From Chiloscyllium plagiosum (lineage: Eukaryota), in contig NC_057711.1 in NCBI RefSeq assembly GCF_004010195.1, positions 76,153,817 through 76,217,816 of the forward strand: a DNA stretch of 64,000 nt, given 5' to 3'. The notes beneath the pieces are model-generated. The model was not told the origin of the DNA. It searched no databases and saw nothing but the letters and a program-made list of their open reading frames with translations. Position 1 is the stretch's first letter. The number at the start of each line of letters is the position of its first letter. Positions 60,581 through 64,000 of this stretch are shown here, piece after piece. A program made the translations under genes and the position numbers.

Positions 60581-61051
60581 TGTTATGGACCAGACCAAAC
60601 TCCCTCCAAGTATGTTAGGAAGTAGCCTCGACCCTCTCTTTTTTTATATATATTTTAAAGGCAAGTGTTTCGCATTGTTTTCCAGATGCAATTTGTTTGG
60701 TCAAACTACTAGACTTGAAGCAAAATTCAATTTATTCATACACTAAAATTAAAGCACAGACAAAATTAAGAGGAGAATTGGCTTAACTGTAACTATCGAA
60801 ATGCTTAACAAAATAATTAACAATCACTAACTGTTCCAGTATAGTAACACCCTATAAACACACCCTTGGCAAAGGCAATTTCAGTAATATAGATTGACTC
60901 CACCTATTTGGGTTGCTTCGATTGTTCCAACTCCTCACAGGCTGTTTGCTTTATAGGCTTTGAACAGACTGCTCATCGCCTCATCTCAACCTTTCTTTTA
61001 AACAAAAAATTCCAGACAAAATGCACCTCTTAAAGCCGAAGTGTCGCCACG
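60581..61051 (-). mobile_element. Solo LTR, same family as 15846-16500
   Basis: tgttatggaccagacc is the reverse complement of the ...ggtctggtccatagca end; ctcttaaag...gccac matches the other end; ttccagatg and tttattc blocks are shared. Confidence 0.7.
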
Positions 61052-62634
61052 CCTTTGTGAAATGGACTATGTTTCAGCAGTAAATATATAATCAACAGGA
61101 GTTTTTTTTTGTCCTTCCCAGAAGTCAAATGTTTTTGTAATAGTTAAACTACAGGCTCTGTTTATTCTTGTTGGTATCTTTATTATGAGGCCTCTTTTTG
61201 TAAACTAGACCTTGTGACGTAACGAGACCCACAGTACTTGCTGTTTTTGTTCAATAGTTCAATCTCTGAAATAATTTTGAAACCGTTCTGTTCAAATATG
61301 AAGAGAAATCCTAGTAGTCCAGACCAGGAGCCAAAAATTATATGTTCGGATGACTAGCTGTTGCTGTGACCGAGAACCCGAATTGTTGATTCTTTTCTAG
61401 ACGGGGAAATGTTGGCTGAGGTTGCTGGTAGCACCCAGCAACTCCAGGTTGTGTGAACATTGAGAGTTGGTTGCAATCAGTTTTCAATGTGTTGGAAACA
61501 TTGATGAGAGTTCACATCTAGGAATTTGTCAGTGTTTCAATTGGTAATTTGACTTCGACAATATCAAGGTATGCAGATAGGAGCATTTGGCCTCCTTAAT
61601 GTAAACTTGTTAAGCAGAAAATGTCTACAGCAATTCAGAATAAAAGTAAAATACATTGAAATGGAGCTCCTTATTTTGGTTTGATGAAACTCATTTCAGG
61701 CAGTTGATTCAGAAAAGTGTATTTAACAGATTATGTAGCCTGCTTTATTTTTTACATTACAAGACACATTGCAAAATAGATTCAGATTCACTGTCAATAC
61801 TGATCTGCTATCATGTATCAAATAAATTACATCAGTCTCACTTAGTGAGACATCCGTGCACTTTCTGGAATGGAGAAGGACTGTTTGAGAATGCTGTATT
61901 GCATTTGAGTCATGTTATTACACTTTTATGACTAGTTATTGATCTGTAAGAGTGACCTTTGATCATGGGACGTAGGCCCAGCACACACAGAGTCAGTCAT
62001 TCCAAAGAATATGTAGTGCAGAACTGAAATTTGTACATCATCTATCAGATTAAAATCCCTAAAGGTGACCAGTCTACGAGCTGAAGCATGTACGTGTTTG
62101 TAGCTGAGTAATTTGCTGTCTATAAAAGGCTTTTAAAGCATAAAATGGCCTCCAGACCTTATGGCCTGTGGAATATGTCAGCCTGAACAAATGGTTCTTG
62201 TTGATCAACCTGACAAGAGATCTTCTCACTAGTTATTAGTTTGACTCATAGTAATTGAAAATCACTTTATAAAATGAGTATGGTGCACTATTTTTGTTCT
62301 TCTCTTGTAATTATTTTAAATTTGCCTTGTATAGAGACAGCAAGGAGTTCCTGTTGCAAAGATTTCTTGTCAATGGTGCTCTAATGTGTGCAACCAACTT
62401 CAGTCTACAGCAGGGCTTGAAAATTGCCTAGTCTCCAGAACGAAATGAGTCTATGAAAAAATAATGGCATGTTTTGTATCATGTAGCATTTCTCTGTGAA
62501 AGATGATCATTAGGGTCAGAGTAACACTTGAGATCATCTAGATTAAATTAAACTGAATAATTTATTGAAGGTAGGTAAAGATAAAGGTTGAAAATTTCAA
62601 TGAAAACAATAGTTTTTCTTTCTTTCCTTTCTAG

Positions 62635-62739
62635 ATTGGGTCCTTGAAAGACTACTACCACTTTTACCACAGTAGGACAATGAAACGATCAACAATTTCT
62701 ATTCGAGGAACTCATAGCTTCATCTCAATGGAACCAAAG
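62635..62739 (+). CDS. PCSK5: PCSK5 coding exon 2 (prodomain)
   Basis: Polypyrimidine tract + ttctag| then IGSLKDYYHFYHSRTMKRSTISIRGTHSFISMEPK |gtgtgt; 105 bp, phase 0/0, in frame with exon 1; closely matches the PC5 prodomain IGALKDYYHFYHSRTIKRSVISSRGTHSFISMEPK. Confidence 0.96.
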
Positions 62740-63210
62740 GTGTGTAGATTCTGGTAGTTTTTTTCATTTCTAACAGAGTAGCAGAGATGGGTTGTTTAAT
62801 TATTAATTAGTAATGTCACATGAGGAAATGTTCTGTGATTAAGTGCTGAATTAGGAAGAATTGACGCATGCTACACAGTAACCATGAAAAGAACAATAGA
62901 GATGAGTGAGTTAGACTTGGAGCACATACAGTAGATAATATGGAATAGTGAGATAACCAAAGGGAGTGACACATTTCTTGGCTATAATTAATCAAGGTGA
63001 CATTTGAGTGTTGCAATAATGACTCTTAGACCTGTTAAGGATTTTATTGTTGTAATATTTATAAGCAATGTGGTTGGGGGGGCAGAATTTAAGAGCAGAT
63101 GGTATTATATCTAATTAAACTTAAAATATGTACACTGCTAATTTTGAAGTGAGCTGAAAATGTGTTGCTGGAAAAGCGCAGCAGGTCAGGGAGCATCCAA
63201 GGAACAGGAG

Positions 63211-63246
63211 AATCGACGTTTCGGGCATAAGCCCTTCTTCAGGAAT
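63211..63246 (-). ncRNA. Minimal type-I hammerhead ribozyme motif
   Basis: Minus strand ttc-CTGAAGA-a-gggc(ttat)gccc-GAAA-c-GTC-ga: canonical GUC triplet and palindromic ACGU; activity untested. Confidence 0.78.
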
Positions 63247-63370
63247 GAGGAAAGTGTGTCCAGCAGGCTAAGATAAAAGGTAGGGAGGAGGGACTTGGGG
63301 GAGGGGCGTTGGAAATGCCATAGGTGGAAGGAGGTCAAGGTGAGGGTGATGGGCCGGAGTGGGGTGGGGG

Positions 63371-63605
63371 NNNNNNNNNNNNNNNNNNNNNNNNNNNNNN
63401 NNNNNNNNNNNNNNNNNNNNNNNNNNNNNNNNNNNNNNNNNNNNNNNNNNNNNNNNNNNNNNNNNNNNNNNNNNNNNNNNNNNNNNNNNNNNNNNNNNNN
63501 NNNNNNNNNNNNNNNNNNNNNNNNNNNNNNNNNNNNNNNNNNNNNNNNNNNNNNNNNNNNNNNNNNNNNNNNNNNNNNNNNNNNNNNNNNNNNNNNNNNN
63601 NNNNN
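63371..63605. other. Assembly gap
   Basis: Run of N. Confidence 1.
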
Positions 63606-64000
63606 CTGACGAGGGAGTCACGGAGGGAGTGGTCTTTTCGGAACGCTGATAGGGGAGGGGAGGGAAATATATCCTTGGTGGTGGGGTCCGTTTGGAGGTG
63701 GCGGAAATGACGGCGGATGATATGCTGTATATGGAGGTTGGTGGGGTGGTAGTTGAGGACCTGTGGGGTTCTGTCCTGGTGGCGATTGGAGGGGTGGGGC
63801 TCAAGGGCCGAGGAGCGGGAAGTGGAGGAGATGCGGTGGAGGGCATCGTCGACCACGTCTGGGGGGGAAATTGCGGTCTTTGAAGAAGGAGGCCATCTGT
63901 GTTGAACGGATTTAGAACTGGTCCTCCTGGGAGCAGGTGCGGTGGAGACGAAGGAATTGGGAAAATGGGATGGCGTTTTTACAGGGGGCAGGATGGGAGG

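Larger units (their letters stand above)
63148..64000 (-). mobile_element. Young Penelope-like element running off the window end
   Basis: ORF 63335-63856 ...DRTPQVLNYHPTNLHIQHIIRRHFRHLQTDPTTKDIFPSPPLSAFRKDHSLRDSLV; CpGs intact; spans the assembly gap. Confidence 0.92.

Noticed and set aside
63268..63883. Several overlapping ORFs near the window end
   Set aside because: Artefacts of translating through the N gap and of the G-rich Penelope strand; only the minus-strand Penelope frame is meaningful.

Overview
Eukaryotic, repeat-rich vertebrate DNA, almost certainly a shark or other elasmobranch: the HE1-type V-SINEs, SacSINE1-like DeuSINEs, CR1, Penelope and Rex1/Babar families all have elasmobranch-type sequence (species not determinable). 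The only host gene is the 5' end of PCSK5 (proprotein convertase PC5/6, + strand). It has a CpG-rich promoter/5'UTR at ~48.6-51.4 kb, coding exon 1 at 49863-50042, and coding exon 2 at 62635-62739, which the ORF track misses. The ~48 kb upstream is nested transposon debris: CR1 LINEs, an end-to-end L1 with a 16-bp TSD, L2, RTE, solo LTRs, and pogo and Harbinger remnants. The most interesting non-coding signal is a set of Penelope-derived ends and small palindromic insertions with 13-17 bp TSDs carrying minimal hammerhead-ribozyme cores (CUGANGA-stem II-GAAA-NUH). One is a near-perfect palindrome with two back-to-back hammerheads inside PCSK5 intron 1. Penelope hammerheads are a known class, so I cannot claim a wholly new system, only unusual architectures worth testing. 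Repeat-family names come from motif recognition without database searches, and element boundaries are approximate unless a TSD is given.
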